Origin: Alphaproteobacteria bacterium
GTDB taxonomy: Bacteria; Pseudomonadota; Alphaproteobacteria; GCA-2731375
Length of the DNA stretch: 64,000 nucleotides
Direction: 5' to 3'
Assembly (NCBI GenBank): GCA_965232515.1
Contig: CBDDPY010000002.1
Coordinates: 3,488,001-3,552,000, forward strand
Shown: in pieces, positions 19,692 to 29,615 of the stretch
Layout: every line of letters begins with the position of its first letter
Numbering within the stretch: the stretch's first letter is position 1
Position numbers and translations under genes: made by a program
Notes under the pieces: generated by a model
The model's database searches: none
What the model saw: only the letters and a program-made list of their open reading frames with translations
What the model was told of the DNA's origin: nothing

Positions 19692-20918
19692 ATGCAAGCC
19701 ACCGCGCGCGGCGCCCTGCCAGCACCGAGCAATCCCGACGACTCGCAAGATCACGACGTTGCCCAGGCGCCGGAAGGCTCCGACATCTCAGCCATTGGCG
19801 CGCTGTCGGCGCAAGACGGTGAGAGCGAGATCGGCCCCGGCCAATATGTCTTTCTGATGGCGCTGGTTATCGTCGGCGTGCTGACGGGCGTCGCCTTCGC
19901 CAATCACAACCTCACCCCCCTGATCTATCAGGAGCCGGCGCAGGCCGAGGTCGCCCAGACCCTCCATGGCGGCCAGAATTACGCGCTCTACGACCTGAAC
20001 TTCGAGATCCGCGGCGTCCGCCGGCATCAGATCCGGCTGATGACCAAAACGCCCGAGTTGATCATCCTGGGCGCCAGTCACTGGCAGGAAGCGCATGCCG
20101 GCCTGGTGCCGGGCGTGGACTTCTTCAACGCCCATGTGCACCGGGATTACTACGACGATCCCATCGGCATGGTCGGCCACCTGCTCGACTACAACCGCCT
20201 GCCGAAGACTCTTGTGATCAGCGTGCGCGACGCCACCTTCACGCCGGTCGCGGAGCGGACCGACTATCTCTGGCTGGGCGGCATCCCGTCCTTCCGGGCC
20301 ATGGAACCCCGCCTCGGCCTGCCGAAACGGCCGTGGTACGAGGACTACCATCTGCAGCCGGTGCTGGACCTGTTCTCCCTGCGATTGGCCATCACCGGCG
20401 GCTTGCGCGAGCTGCGCGCGGAGAACCGGCCCGGCCCGACGGATGCCGATTTCGCCGAGGACCTGGACATCTTCATGGCCGACGGCTCGATCCGCTGGTC
20501 GGGCGAGCACCTCGCCGCCTTCACGCCTGAATATGTCCGCGACCGGGCGCTGGAAATGGCCCAGCACGTCCGCCGGCATCCGCCACGGATCAACGCCGAC
20601 ACGGTCGACGCCTTCCGCCGCATGCTGGCGCTGCTGCAGAACCACGACGTCGATGTTGTGCTGGCCCATCCGCCGTTCAATCCGCAGTTCCACGACGCCG
20701 TCGCCGGCAGCGACTATGCCGATCACCTGAACGCCGTCGAGGCCCTGACCCGGGATCTCGCCGCGCAGTACGGCGCCCGCACCGCCGGCAGCTTCGATCC
20801 CGCCCGGGTCGGCTGCACGGCCGACATGTATATCGATTCCGAGCACAGCCGGCCGGTCTGCCTGCAGAAACTGCTGACGCAGGTCGTGTCCGGCCGCTCA
20901 CAGGCGCCGTCGCTTTAG
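19692..20918 (+). CDS. Membrane-anchored SGNH-like acyltransferase (DltD/AlgJ/AlgX-like)
   Basis: One N-terminal TM helix; LIILGASH (GxS block I-like) and C-terminal MYIDSEH (DxxH); directly upstream of an MBOAT gene. Confidence 0.65.
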   Translation: MQATARGALPAPSNPDDSQDHDVAQAPEGSDISAIGALSAQDGESEIGPGQYVFLMALVIVGVLTGVAFANHNLTPLIYQEPAQAEVAQTLHGGQNYALYDLNFEIRGVRRHQIRLMTKTPELIILGASHWQEAHAGLVPGVDFFNAHVHRDYYDDPIGMVGHLLDYNRLPKTLVISVRDATFTPVAERTDYLWLGGIPSFRAMEPRLGLPKRPWYEDYHLQPVLDLFSLRLAITGGLRELRAENRPGPTDADFAEDLDIFMADGSIRWSGEHLAAFTPEYVRDRALEMAQHVRRHPPRINADTVDAFRRMLALLQNHDVDVVLAHPPFNPQFHDAVAGSDYADHLNAVEALTRDLAAQYGARTAGSFDPARVGCTADMYIDSEHSRPVCLQKLLTQVVSGRSQAPSL

Positions 20919-20943
20919 CCGGCCGCCCGTTGGAGCAACCGTC

Positions 20944-22467
20944 ATGCTTTTCCATTCCGTTGAGTTCATTCTGGGCTTTCTGCCCATCTGCTTCATCATC
21001 TTCGCGATCGTGCACCGCACGGCCGGCAAGCGGGCGGCGCTGGCGTGGCTGGCGCTGGCGTCGATTATCTTCTATGCGCAATGGAGCCTGGCGCATGGCG
21101 CCTTGCTGGTGGGTTCGGTCGGCACGAACTACCTGTTCAGCCGGGCCATGCTGCGCACCGATCAGCAGCCGAAGCTGCGACAGGCGATCTTTATCCTCGC
21201 GATCGCGGCGAACCTCGCCCTGCTCGGCTATCTGAAGTACACGAACTTCCTGATCGACAATATCAACGCGCTGACCGAGGCGAACTATCACTATGTCGCC
21301 GTGCTGGCGCCCGTCGGCATCTCGTTCTTCACCTTCATCCAGATCGGCTTCCTGGTCGAGGTCTACAACCGCCAGGTCTCGCGCCTGTCGATCGTCGACT
21401 ATTTCCTGTTCGGCTCGTTCTTCGGCTACGTGACCGCCGGTCCGCTGGTCCTGCAGCGCGACATGACCTCGCAGTTCGAGCGCAAAGACGACAAGGTGCT
21501 CGATCTGTCGCGAATCTCGATCGCGATCACGGTCTTCGGCTTCGGCCTGTTCAAGAAGATGGTGCTGGCCGACAGCGTCGCGCCCTATGCCGACGCAGTC
21601 TTCAACGGCGTCGCCGACGGCGCGCTGCCATCGACCAGCCTGGCCTGGATCGGCGCGCTGGCTTACACCGTGCAGCTCTATTTCGACTTCTCCGGCTATT
21701 CCGACATGGCGCTGGGCGCCGGCCTGCTGTTCGGCTTGAAGCTGCCGTTCAACTTCAATTCGCCGCTGAAAGCGACCAGCATCACCGATTTCTGGCGCCG
21801 CTGGCACATGACGATGACGCGGTTCTTCACCAACTATCTGTATTCACCGCTGGCCGTCGCCGCGACCCGGCGGGCCATGGCCAACAAGTCTTCGAAGGCT
21901 CAGCGATTTGTCGCCTCCGTCGCCGTGCCGGTGTTCTTCACCTTTCTGCTGGCCGGCATCTGGCACGGCGCGGGCTGGACCTTCGTCATCTTCGGCGCGA
22001 TCCACGGCCTGGCCATGGCGATCAATCACGCCTGGCGCCAATCCAAGGCGCCGACGCTGCCGGCGCCGGCGGGCTGGCTGCTGACAATGTCGGTGGTCAT
22101 TACCGGCCTGGTGTTCTTCCGGGCGCCGGACGTGTCGACCGCGCTGGTCATCCTGACCGCGATGGTCGGCGCCGGCGCCGACGCCAGCGGCTGGGTCGCG
22201 ACCGTCAACGTGCCGACTGTGTCCTATCCAGACGCCGTCGCCGTCATCACGCTGCTGGCCGCCATCGCCCTGATGATGCCGAACACGCAGCAGATCCTGT
22301 ACCGCCACAAGATCAGCTCGGACCCGGCCGACTACGAGGAGCTGTCGTTGTCGAAGTGGCTGCTCTGGCGACCGACGCTGCGCTGGGCGGCAACCTGCGG
22401 CATCGTCGTCGCCGTGGCGCTCGGCCTGGCGACCGGCGAGACCGCGTTCATCTATTACCAGTTCTGA
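20944..22467 (+). CDS. MBOAT family O-acyltransferase (AlgI/DltB-like)
   Basis: PVGISFFTFIQI, GLFKKMVLAD, QLYFDFSGYSDMALG, NFNSP, DFWRRWHMT, GIWHGAGWTF; C-terminus AFIYYQF. Confidence 0.95.
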   Translation: MLFHSVEFILGFLPICFIIFAIVHRTAGKRAALAWLALASIIFYAQWSLAHGALLVGSVGTNYLFSRAMLRTDQQPKLRQAIFILAIAANLALLGYLKYTNFLIDNINALTEANYHYVAVLAPVGISFFTFIQIGFLVEVYNRQVSRLSIVDYFLFGSFFGYVTAGPLVLQRDMTSQFERKDDKVLDLSRISIAITVFGFGLFKKMVLADSVAPYADAVFNGVADGALPSTSLAWIGALAYTVQLYFDFSGYSDMALGAGLLFGLKLPFNFNSPLKATSITDFWRRWHMTMTRFFTNYLYSPLAVAATRRAMANKSSKAQRFVASVAVPVFFTFLLAGIWHGAGWTFVIFGAIHGLAMAINHAWRQSKAPTLPAPAGWLLTMSVVITGLVFFRAPDVSTALVILTAMVGAGADASGWVATVNVPTVSYPDAVAVITLLAAIALMMPNTQQILYRHKISSDPADYEELSLSKWLLWRPTLRWAATCGIVVAVALGLATGETAFIYYQF

Positions 22468-22495
22468 CCCCGCGTACTGCCTGGGAGATCATGTC

Positions 22496-23701
22496 ATGAC
22501 GATCGTCATCGACCTGCCACGACAAATCGACGAAACGCTCGCCGCCGACATCGAGAAGGAGTCGGTGTTCGTGTCGCCGCATCTGTCCACGCTGCGGGTC
22601 AACCCCGACCGCACCAACATCGCCGCCGAGCTGACCGATCCCATGTGGGACGCCGACGTGCGGGAAAAGCTCGGTCGGTTCCTTGACGCCATGCTGAAGC
22701 GGGTGCATCAGTTCGACACCAAGGTCTTCCTGCAGACCGAACGTCGCGATCCGAACCCTTTTCACACAGATGTGCACGGCGAGCTGAAACGCCGCGGTTG
22801 GCTCTACGACTTTGGCGGCGGCCATGTATCGCTGGCCGGCCCGGCCCTTAACCTGGCGCGGGCCATCGACGCGGCCGCGGCCGACCTCTATCGGCAGAAT
22901 TTCCCGTTCGAGGAGCGCCAGTATCCGGCCCTGATCCGGGCCGATCTGCTGGCGCGCTGCGGCTATTTCGAATCGCACCCCAATGCCGTCTGCTTTGTCG
23001 GCCACATCATCGAGGACTTCGACGCGATCGAGAACTTCCGCGTCACCAACAGCAATGTCGACGAGACCGTTCTGCCGCCGAAGGATCACGTGCACCTGCC
23101 GGGCATGTGTCTGAACCCGGCTGCCTGCTTCCCTTGCTACCCGTCGCTGCAGGGCCAGAAGATCGCCGACGACGGCCGCGTCCTGTCCTGGAACGGCCGG
23201 GTCTTCCGCTTTGAATCCCGCAACGTGTCGGGCCTGGACCGGCTCTGGGAGTTCGGCGTCCGAGAGATCGTGTTCATCGGCACCGAGGACTTCGTCACAC
23301 GGAGCCGGGAGCGGGCACTGCCCCTGGTCGCGAAGCTGGCCGAGACATTCGACCTCGCCTGCCAGGTCGAAACCGCGGCCGATCCGTTTTTCGCCACGGT
23401 CTCGGCGGCAAAAACCTTCTGGCAGCAGGCCCAGGAGGTGAAGAACGAGATCATGGTGCCGATCGGCGTTCGCGAGGACGGCAGCGAGCGGCGGCTGGCC
23501 TGCGGCTCAGTCAACCTGCACGGCAACTTCTTCGGCGAGCGCTTCGACATCACCGATAGCGAGGGCTTGGCCGCCTTCACGGCCTGCATCGGTCTCGGCA
23601 TCGAGCGCTGGGTGCTGGCGGCGTTCGTGCAGCACGGTTTCGATCCCGAACGCTGGCCGAGCCAGGTGCGCGACCTTGTGTTCGCCGGAACCAACCCCTG
23701 A
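22496..23701 (+). CDS. Class II aaRS homolog: SerRS-like amino acid:[carrier protein] ligase
   Basis: LNPAACFPCY, motif 2 FRFES...RLWEFGVREIVFIG, ACGSVNLHGNFFG, motif 3 TACIGLGIERW; lacks the bacterial SerRS coiled-coil arm; next to a carrier protein gene. Confidence 0.85.
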   Translation: MTIVIDLPRQIDETLAADIEKESVFVSPHLSTLRVNPDRTNIAAELTDPMWDADVREKLGRFLDAMLKRVHQFDTKVFLQTERRDPNPFHTDVHGELKRRGWLYDFGGGHVSLAGPALNLARAIDAAAADLYRQNFPFEERQYPALIRADLLARCGYFESHPNAVCFVGHIIEDFDAIENFRVTNSNVDETVLPPKDHVHLPGMCLNPAACFPCYPSLQGQKIADDGRVLSWNGRVFRFESRNVSGLDRLWEFGVREIVFIGTEDFVTRSRERALPLVAKLAETFDLACQVETAADPFFATVSAAKTFWQQAQEVKNEIMVPIGVREDGSERRLACGSVNLHGNFFGERFDITDSEGLAAFTACIGLGIERWVLAAFVQHGFDPERWPSQVRDLVFAGTNP

Positions 23702-23757
23702 CAGGTGGCCGACGGCCGGCCTGTTCACTACCAACCGAAGCAGAAAGGCTTTGCGCT

Positions 23758-23988
23758 ATGTCAGCTTTGCATCAGATCGTGGCAGACGTCCTGGAAATGT
23801 CGGTCGCCGAGGTCAGTGACGAAACCAGTCCGACCACGGCCAAGAGCTGGGACAGCATGAAGCACATCGAGCTGGTCCTGGCGCTGGAGACCAATTTCGG
23901 CGTCAAGTTCGCACCGTCGGAGATCATGCTGATCAACTCGCTCGGCGCGGCGCGGGATCTGCTGAGCCAAAAAGGCGCGGCGGTCTAA
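23758..23988 (+). CDS. Acyl/aminoacyl carrier protein
   Basis: 76 aa, WDSMKHIELVLALETNFGVKF phosphopantetheine attachment motif. Confidence 0.92.
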   Translation: MSALHQIVADVLEMSVAEVSDETSPTTAKSWDSMKHIELVLALETNFGVKFAPSEIMLINSLGAARDLLSQKGAAV

Positions 23989-24081
23989 CCGGGCCGGCCA
24001 CGCCGGCCGGATTCCAGAACTGATCCCTTCGTTTCCGATTTCCGTTTCGGGGCCCGCGGGCCCCGACGCCCGGAGCAACGG

Positions 24082-25599
24082 CTAGCCGACAACGAGCGCC
24101 GCCGGCGCGACGATGCGGTCCTTCGGCAGCAGGATGCGCGCCGTCGTGCCGACGCCCGGTTCGCTCTCCAACTCGAAGCTGCCGCCGTGCAGCTCGGCAT
24201 ACCATTTCACCAGCGGCAGGCCGAGACCCGTGCCCTCGTAGTGACGGCTGAGCTCGCTGTCGGCCTGGCCGAAGGGCGTCAGACACTTTTCAATGTCCTC
24301 GGCGGCAATGCCGATGCCGGTGTCCCGCACGGTGAATTCGAGACCGCCGTCGCCTGCCCGATCTACCTCGAGGGTGACGGTGCCGTTGCCCGGCGTGAAC
24401 TTCACGGCGTTCGACAACAGATTGATCAAGGCCTGGCGCAGCGCCCGTTCGTCACCCTGGACCGCGTGCAGATCGGACGCAATCCGCGACTCCACACGGA
24501 CGCCTTTGTCGTCCGCCTGAGGCGCCGTCTGGCGCAGGCAAAAGGACACCAGCAGCTCGAGGTCGACGGCCGCTTCATGAATCTCGGTCATGCCGGCCTC
24601 GATCTTGGACAGGTCAAGGATGTTATTGATGATGCCGAGCAAATGCTCGCCGCTGTGGTAGACGTCATCGATATAGACACGATACTTCTCGTCGCCGAGC
24701 GGTCCGTGCAGCTCCTGCATCATGATTTCCGAGAAGCCGATGATCGCGTTCAGCGGCGTGCGCAGCTCGTGACTGACATTGGCGAGGAACGCCGACTTCG
24801 CCCGGTTGGCCGAATCCGCCGCCTCCTTCGATCGCACCAGCTCGATTTCGGCCGCCTTGCGCTCGGTAATGTCGAGGCAGATCAACACATGCATGCCCTG
24901 CGGCGCCGCGTTGTGGCGCACCTCGAGGATGTGCTCCTGCGGGGTTGTAACCTCTTGCGCGCCCTCCGACTGCAGCGCGGCGATATCGACCAAGCCGAGC
25001 AGGGCATCACCGACCGGCTTGTCGGCGCCCGACGAAACGGCGCTCTCGTCGCTCTCACCGGCGCCGGATGCATCGAGTTCCAGCAGATCCCGCAAACGGC
25101 TGTTGCAGGCAACCAGTCGCATGCCGCGGTCGAAGGCCGCAATGCCCGCGCCCGTATGCTCCAACGTCGCGGTCAGCAATGCCGTACGCTCGGCCAGGTC
25201 GGCCCGGTTGCGGGCCTGCACGATGGCGTAGCGGATGGTCCGTTCCAGAATTTCCGGCGACAGGCTGCCCTTCTCCAGGAAGTCGGCTGCGCCGGCTTCG
25301 GACGCCTCGACGTCGATTTCCCGGTTCGCCAGGCCGGTCAACAGGATCAGCGGGACCTGGCAGCCCTCGGCAACCGCCGCGCGGATGAAGGCCAGACCGG
25401 TCTCGGCGCCGATCCGGTAATCGACGAGACCGATGTCATACATCTCGGCTTCGAGCTGGCTGCGCGCTTCGTCGAAGCTGCGGACCCAGGTCAGGTCCAG
25501 ACTGAACAGCTTGGAGTCGCTGAGCAGATCGTCCAGCAACAGGTAGTCGTCCTCGTCATCCTCGACGAGAAGGCAGCGTATGCGCGCGGCTTCACTCAT
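24082..25599 (-). CDS. Hybrid receiver-PAS-histidine kinase (PleC/DivJ-like kinase core)
   Basis: N-terminal REC (LLVEDDEDD...VDYR...FLEKG); AKSAFLANVSHELRTPLNAIIGFSEIM; NLLSNAVKFT, DTGIGI, GTGLGL. Confidence 0.93.
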   Translation of the reverse strand: MSEAARIRCLLVEDDEDDYLLLDDLLSDSKLFSLDLTWVRSFDEARSQLEAEMYDIGLVDYRIGAETGLAFIRAAVAEGCQVPLILLTGLANREIDVEASEAGAADFLEKGSLSPEILERTIRYAIVQARNRADLAERTALLTATLEHTGAGIAAFDRGMRLVACNSRLRDLLELDASGAGESDESAVSSGADKPVGDALLGLVDIAALQSEGAQEVTTPQEHILEVRHNAAPQGMHVLICLDITERKAAEIELVRSKEAADSANRAKSAFLANVSHELRTPLNAIIGFSEIMMQELHGPLGDEKYRVYIDDVYHSGEHLLGIINNILDLSKIEAGMTEIHEAAVDLELLVSFCLRQTAPQADDKGVRVESRIASDLHAVQGDERALRQALINLLSNAVKFTPGNGTVTLEVDRAGDGGLEFTVRDTGIGIAAEDIEKCLTPFGQADSELSRHYEGTGLGLPLVKWYAELHGGSFELESEPGVGTTARILLPKDRIVAPAALVVG

Positions 25600-25637
25600 C
25601 CGTTCTCTCTACGCGTCGCCTACAGAGGATCGGCGGA

Positions 25638-26099
25638 TCAGGCGTGCCGCACGCAACCCGGCGGCAGCTGGACGATCTCGATCCAATAATTGCTGAGGAT
25701 TCGCACGACCTCGACCAAGCCTTCGAACGTTACCGGCTTGGTGATGAAGGAGTTCACGCCGGTGACATAGGTCCGCAGGATGTCTTCTTCGGCCTTCGAC
25801 GTGGTGACGACGACGACCGGTATCGTGCGGAACCGCTCATCTTCTTTCATCTGCCGCAGCGCCTCACGGCCGTCCATCTTCGGCATGTTGAGGTCGAGCA
25901 GAACCAGGCCCGGATAGGGTTGGCCGTCGAGATGCGCCCAATCGCCTTCCCGGCGCAGATAGGCGAGGAGCTGCTCCCCGTCCTCGACAAAGTCGAGGTG
26001 ATTGCCGATGCAGTTCTCCTTGAACGCATCCTCGATAAGCATCCGGTCGTCCGGATCGTCGTCAGCGACCAGAATCGAGATGGAATCCCGTCGGTTCAT
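25638..26099 (-). CDS. Single-domain response regulator (Rcp1-like)
   Basis: ILVADDDPDD, LLDLNMPKMDG, IPVVVVTTS, NSFITKPV, YWIEIVQLP. Confidence 0.93.
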   Translation of the reverse strand: MNRRDSISILVADDDPDDRMLIEDAFKENCIGNHLDFVEDGEQLLAYLRREGDWAHLDGQPYPGLVLLDLNMPKMDGREALRQMKEDERFRTIPVVVVTTSKAEEDILRTYVTGVNSFITKPVTFEGLVEVVRILSNYWIEIVQLPPGCVRHA

Positions 26100-28078
26100 T
26101 GCATTTCCGTCCCTTGCTCGTGCTTGAGGGGCAGCGTGAGGATGAACGTGGCGCCCTCGTCCTCGACGCCGCGGGCCTCTATGGCGCCGTAGTGGCGTTC
26201 AACGATCTTCCGGCAGGTCGCCAGTCCGATTCCGGTGCCCTCGTAGGTGCCACGTCCGTGCAGGCGCTGGAAGATCCCGAAGATCTGTTCGGCGTATTTG
26301 GCATCGAAGCCGATGCCGTTGTCGGCGATGCTGATGCGGCAGGCCTCGGCGTCCGCGCGCGCGACCGGTCCCTCGCCGTCCGATGCGATCAGCTCGGCCG
26401 TGATCTCGACCCGCGACGGCACGCCGTCACGGCGGAACTTCAGCGCGTTGCTGATCAAGTTCTGGAACAGCTGCCGCATCTGAACCGCGGACGCCTCTAT
26501 ATCGGGCATTTCGGCGACCTCGACCGTCGCCTCCGTTTCGGCGATGCGGATTTCCAGATCCGACAGAACCTCCTCGATGACCTTGTTCAGGTCGATCGGC
26601 TCGAACGGCTCGGTCCGCGAGGTCACGCGCGAATAGGTCAGCAGGTCGTTGATCAGCTCGTGCATGCGCCCCGCGGCGTCCTGGATGCGGCCGATATAGA
26701 GCTGACCGTCCTCGCTCACCTGGTCGCCGCACTTTTTGACCAAGCGGTCGCTGAAGGCCTGAATCTTGCGCAACGGCTCCTGCAGGTCGTGCGAGGCGAC
26801 GTAGGCGAATTCCTGCAGTTCCCGGTTGCGCCGTTCCAGCGCCTCGGCATGCTTATGAAGACTGGCTTCGGCCTGCGCCCGGGCGGTGATGTCCTCGTAG
26901 GTGGCGACCGAACCGCCACCGGCCATGGGCTGATGCAGCACGGCGATAACGCGGCCGTCGCCCAGGCGCTGCTCGATGATCGACTGCTGCCGCTGCGCGG
27001 CCTGGCTCGGCCGCTCGGCCAACGCCCGGCCAGCTTCGTCGCGCCGGTAATTGCCCAGCGAAATGCTGTATTCCATGATGTCGCGCAGCCGGATGCCGGG
27101 CTTCACGACGTCGGGCGAAAACCCGTACATGTCCAGGTAGCGTTGATTGCAGACGATCAGACGCTGGTCCGAGTCGAACAGGCAAAGCCCCTGGGCCATG
27201 TTGTTCAAGGCCGTGTCGAAGTGCAGATTCTGCACCTTCAACACCTCGCTCAATCGCGTCAGTTCGGCTTCGCGCCGCTTCAACTCGGTAATTTCGGAAC
27301 GAATGCTGACAGTGTTGCCGTCGCTGGTGCTGGTTTCGCTGCAATGCAGCCAGCGCCCGTCGCCCAACTGGATTTCGAAGCTGTCGCGGCGTCCACGAAT
27401 GGCGTCCTTGCGCAACTTCAGCAAGCTCTCGGCCGACTCGTATTCGCTGGAATACTGTCCTAGCGCGAAGGCGTCCCGCAGCAAACTCTTGTAGCGGGAG
27501 CCGGGCAGCAGGCGGTCGGCGATCACCGGGTGATAGTCGCGATAGCGCTCGTTGCAGAACATCAACCGGTCGTCCTGATCGAACAGGGCGAAGCCGTCGG
27601 CCATGCAGTCCAGCGCATCCAGCACTTCGGCACGGGCCGCGACCGCGGCATGCTGGCGCAGAAACTGGTCGAGCGCATCGTCGGCATCCTTGCGGGCGCA
27701 GACCCGGATCAGACCGCCGCCGTAAAGCGGCGCCGTGACGGTGGTGATCGTGCAATCGTCCCGACGCGCCCAGTCCTCTCGGAAGGGTTGCGCCTTGTGA
27801 GCCTGGTCGATCAACCGGATCGTCTGCCGCTCGGTCTCGCCCAGGCTCAATTGTCCACGCGCGGCGGCGAAGCGAAGAAAGTCCTCATACGCCCGTCCAC
27901 GCTGGGCGAAGGCGACCGGCAGTTCGAGCAACTCGAAAAAGTCGTGGTTCCACGCCGTCAGCCGCAGACCGGAATCAAACAGCGCCATGCCGACATCGAG
28001 ACGGTCATCGGCATCCGACGCGAGCGTCCGGTTTTCGGCCGGCCGCTGAGTGGACCTGATGGGACGGATCGCGACCAT
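26096..28078 (-). CDS. Multi-PAS sensor histidine kinase
   Basis: Three PAS-fold segments (GMALFD, GFALFD, GLCLFD); EFAYVASHDLQEPLRKIQAF H-box; QNLISNALKF, DNGIGF, GTGIGL. Start approximate. Confidence 0.92.
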   Translation of the reverse strand: MVAIRPIRSTQRPAENRTLASDADDRLDVGMALFDSGLRLTAWNHDFFELLELPVAFAQRGRAYEDFLRFAAARGQLSLGETERQTIRLIDQAHKAQPFREDWARRDDCTITTVTAPLYGGGLIRVCARKDADDALDQFLRQHAAVAARAEVLDALDCMADGFALFDQDDRLMFCNERYRDYHPVIADRLLPGSRYKSLLRDAFALGQYSSEYESAESLLKLRKDAIRGRRDSFEIQLGDGRWLHCSETSTSDGNTVSIRSEITELKRREAELTRLSEVLKVQNLHFDTALNNMAQGLCLFDSDQRLIVCNQRYLDMYGFSPDVVKPGIRLRDIMEYSISLGNYRRDEAGRALAERPSQAAQRQQSIIEQRLGDGRVIAVLHQPMAGGGSVATYEDITARAQAEASLHKHAEALERRNRELQEFAYVASHDLQEPLRKIQAFSDRLVKKCGDQVSEDGQLYIGRIQDAAGRMHELINDLLTYSRVTSRTEPFEPIDLNKVIEEVLSDLEIRIAETEATVEVAEMPDIEASAVQMRQLFQNLISNALKFRRDGVPSRVEITAELIASDGEGPVARADAEACRISIADNGIGFDAKYAEQIFGIFQRLHGRGTYEGTGIGLATCRKIVERHYGAIEARGVEDEGATFILTLPLKHEQGTEMQ

Positions 28079-28375
28079 GAAGGAACCCATAGAACAGTTC
28101 AGGCCCGTTTGACCGGCGGAAAGGCCCAACGGGCCAGCGCGCCAGCCCCGCCGATACGCCGGGCTTTGACATGAGGGGAATCTAGTCGACCGTGCTTAAA
28201 GATGCCCTAATCAGCGCACGGCAATCGCAGGATTCGGAAAAAAATCACAATCGGAAGTTGATAAACCGTTCAAATCGAACGGCAGCGCCACTAAACCGTG
28301 CCACTGCTGAACGCATTCTTAATGGTCGTCCGACAGAATGGCGCTCGTCAGTTTCGCAAGATGTGAGAGGCAGGA

Positions 28376-29518
28376 ATGCCTTCGCAGGGAAAGCGGCAGA
28401 AGCGGCCGCCTGCTGTTGGAGATGCCCCGTCTTCCCTGCCATCCGCCGGGAACCAGACGGATGATTCCGATCATGCCGGATCGGGCGACGGCCTGTGGCA
28501 TCAAGCCAGGACCGAGCTCGCCGACAATGAGATCGGCCGCCGGTTGATCAGCACCGACGCGGACGACAAGGGCTCGGCCAATCTTCGTTACTATGGCCGT
28601 TTCGTCGTCTTCGGCGGCGTCATCGTCGGCTTCGCGGTGCCGGCGATCTCGGAGGCGCTTAAGCCCTTCTTGTCGGTCCTGCTGATCGCCACCCTGGTAT
28701 TCGGGTTGCTGCAGGTCGACTTCGAGCGTCTCGCCGGCTTCCGCAAACAGGTCTGGCCCATCACGGGCCTGCTCTTCGCCGTTCTGCTGCTGCTGCCGGT
28801 GTTCGTCGCGCTTGAGGCCAAGGTTGTCCTTGTGGCCTACGGTCTGCCACAGGGGATCGCCGACGGATTGATTTTGGCGGCCCTGTCGCCGCCGCTGCTG
28901 GCGGCGCCAGCCATTGCCTTCCTGCTTGGCCTGGACTCGCTGCTCGCTTTCGTGGTCGCCATGATCGCCCACCTGCTGGCGCCGTTGACCGTGACGTTCC
29001 TGGCGCAATGGCTGGTCGGGCCGCACCTGCAAATCGACTCGGCGGAGCTGATGTCCCGGCTGACCGTCATCATCGGCACAGGCTTCATCATCGGTCTGAC
29101 GCTGCGACGGATTCCGCTGACCGCACGTGTCAGCAAGGCGAATCGCGGCCTTATCGACATCCTGTCGATCGCGACCCTGACGCTGCTGGCCGCGGCCCTG
29201 ATGGATGGTGTCGCAGAGATCGCAATCCGCGACCCGCAATACGTCCTTATCGCCGTGGCCTGCGGATTTCTGCTCAATCCGCTGCTGCAACTCCTCGGCG
29301 CCTTCCTGTTCGTGAAGTCGGGATTCGAAATGTCGCTGACGGTCGGCCTGCTGGCCGGCTATCGAAATGTCGGCCTGCTGATCGCGGCACTGGCGGGCGG
29401 CGCCGACCAGGAGGTCATCGCCTTTCTGGCGATCGTCCAGATCCCCGCCTTCGTCATTCCGATGCTGTCAGGCCCCGTCCTGAAGAAAGTCAAAACCATC
29501 GGCTTCGACAGACCCTGA
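28376..29518 (+). CDS. Bile acid:sodium symporter-like membrane protein
   Basis: About 10 hydrophobic helices; LSPPLLAAPA and GYRNVGL segments. Start uncertain. Confidence 0.6.
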   Translation: MPSQGKRQKRPPAVGDAPSSLPSAGNQTDDSDHAGSGDGLWHQARTELADNEIGRRLISTDADDKGSANLRYYGRFVVFGGVIVGFAVPAISEALKPFLSVLLIATLVFGLLQVDFERLAGFRKQVWPITGLLFAVLLLLPVFVALEAKVVLVAYGLPQGIADGLILAALSPPLLAAPAIAFLLGLDSLLAFVVAMIAHLLAPLTVTFLAQWLVGPHLQIDSAELMSRLTVIIGTGFIIGLTLRRIPLTARVSKANRGLIDILSIATLTLLAAALMDGVAEIAIRDPQYVLIAVACGFLLNPLLQLLGAFLFVKSGFEMSLTVGLLAGYRNVGLLIAALAGGADQEVIAFLAIVQIPAFVIPMLSGPVLKKVKTIGFDRP

Positions 29519-29615
29519 GCGGCCAAGCGGCATCGCATTAGCGGTAACGAATTCTCAGGCGGATACGGGTAATAGTTGCTGATGGAGACCTCTGGCTGAA
29601 CGGACTGGCACCCGG

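Noticed and set aside
22496-23701. A second housekeeping seryl-tRNA synthetase
   Set aside because: No SerRS coiled-coil arm, and it is linked to carrier-protein and MBOAT genes.
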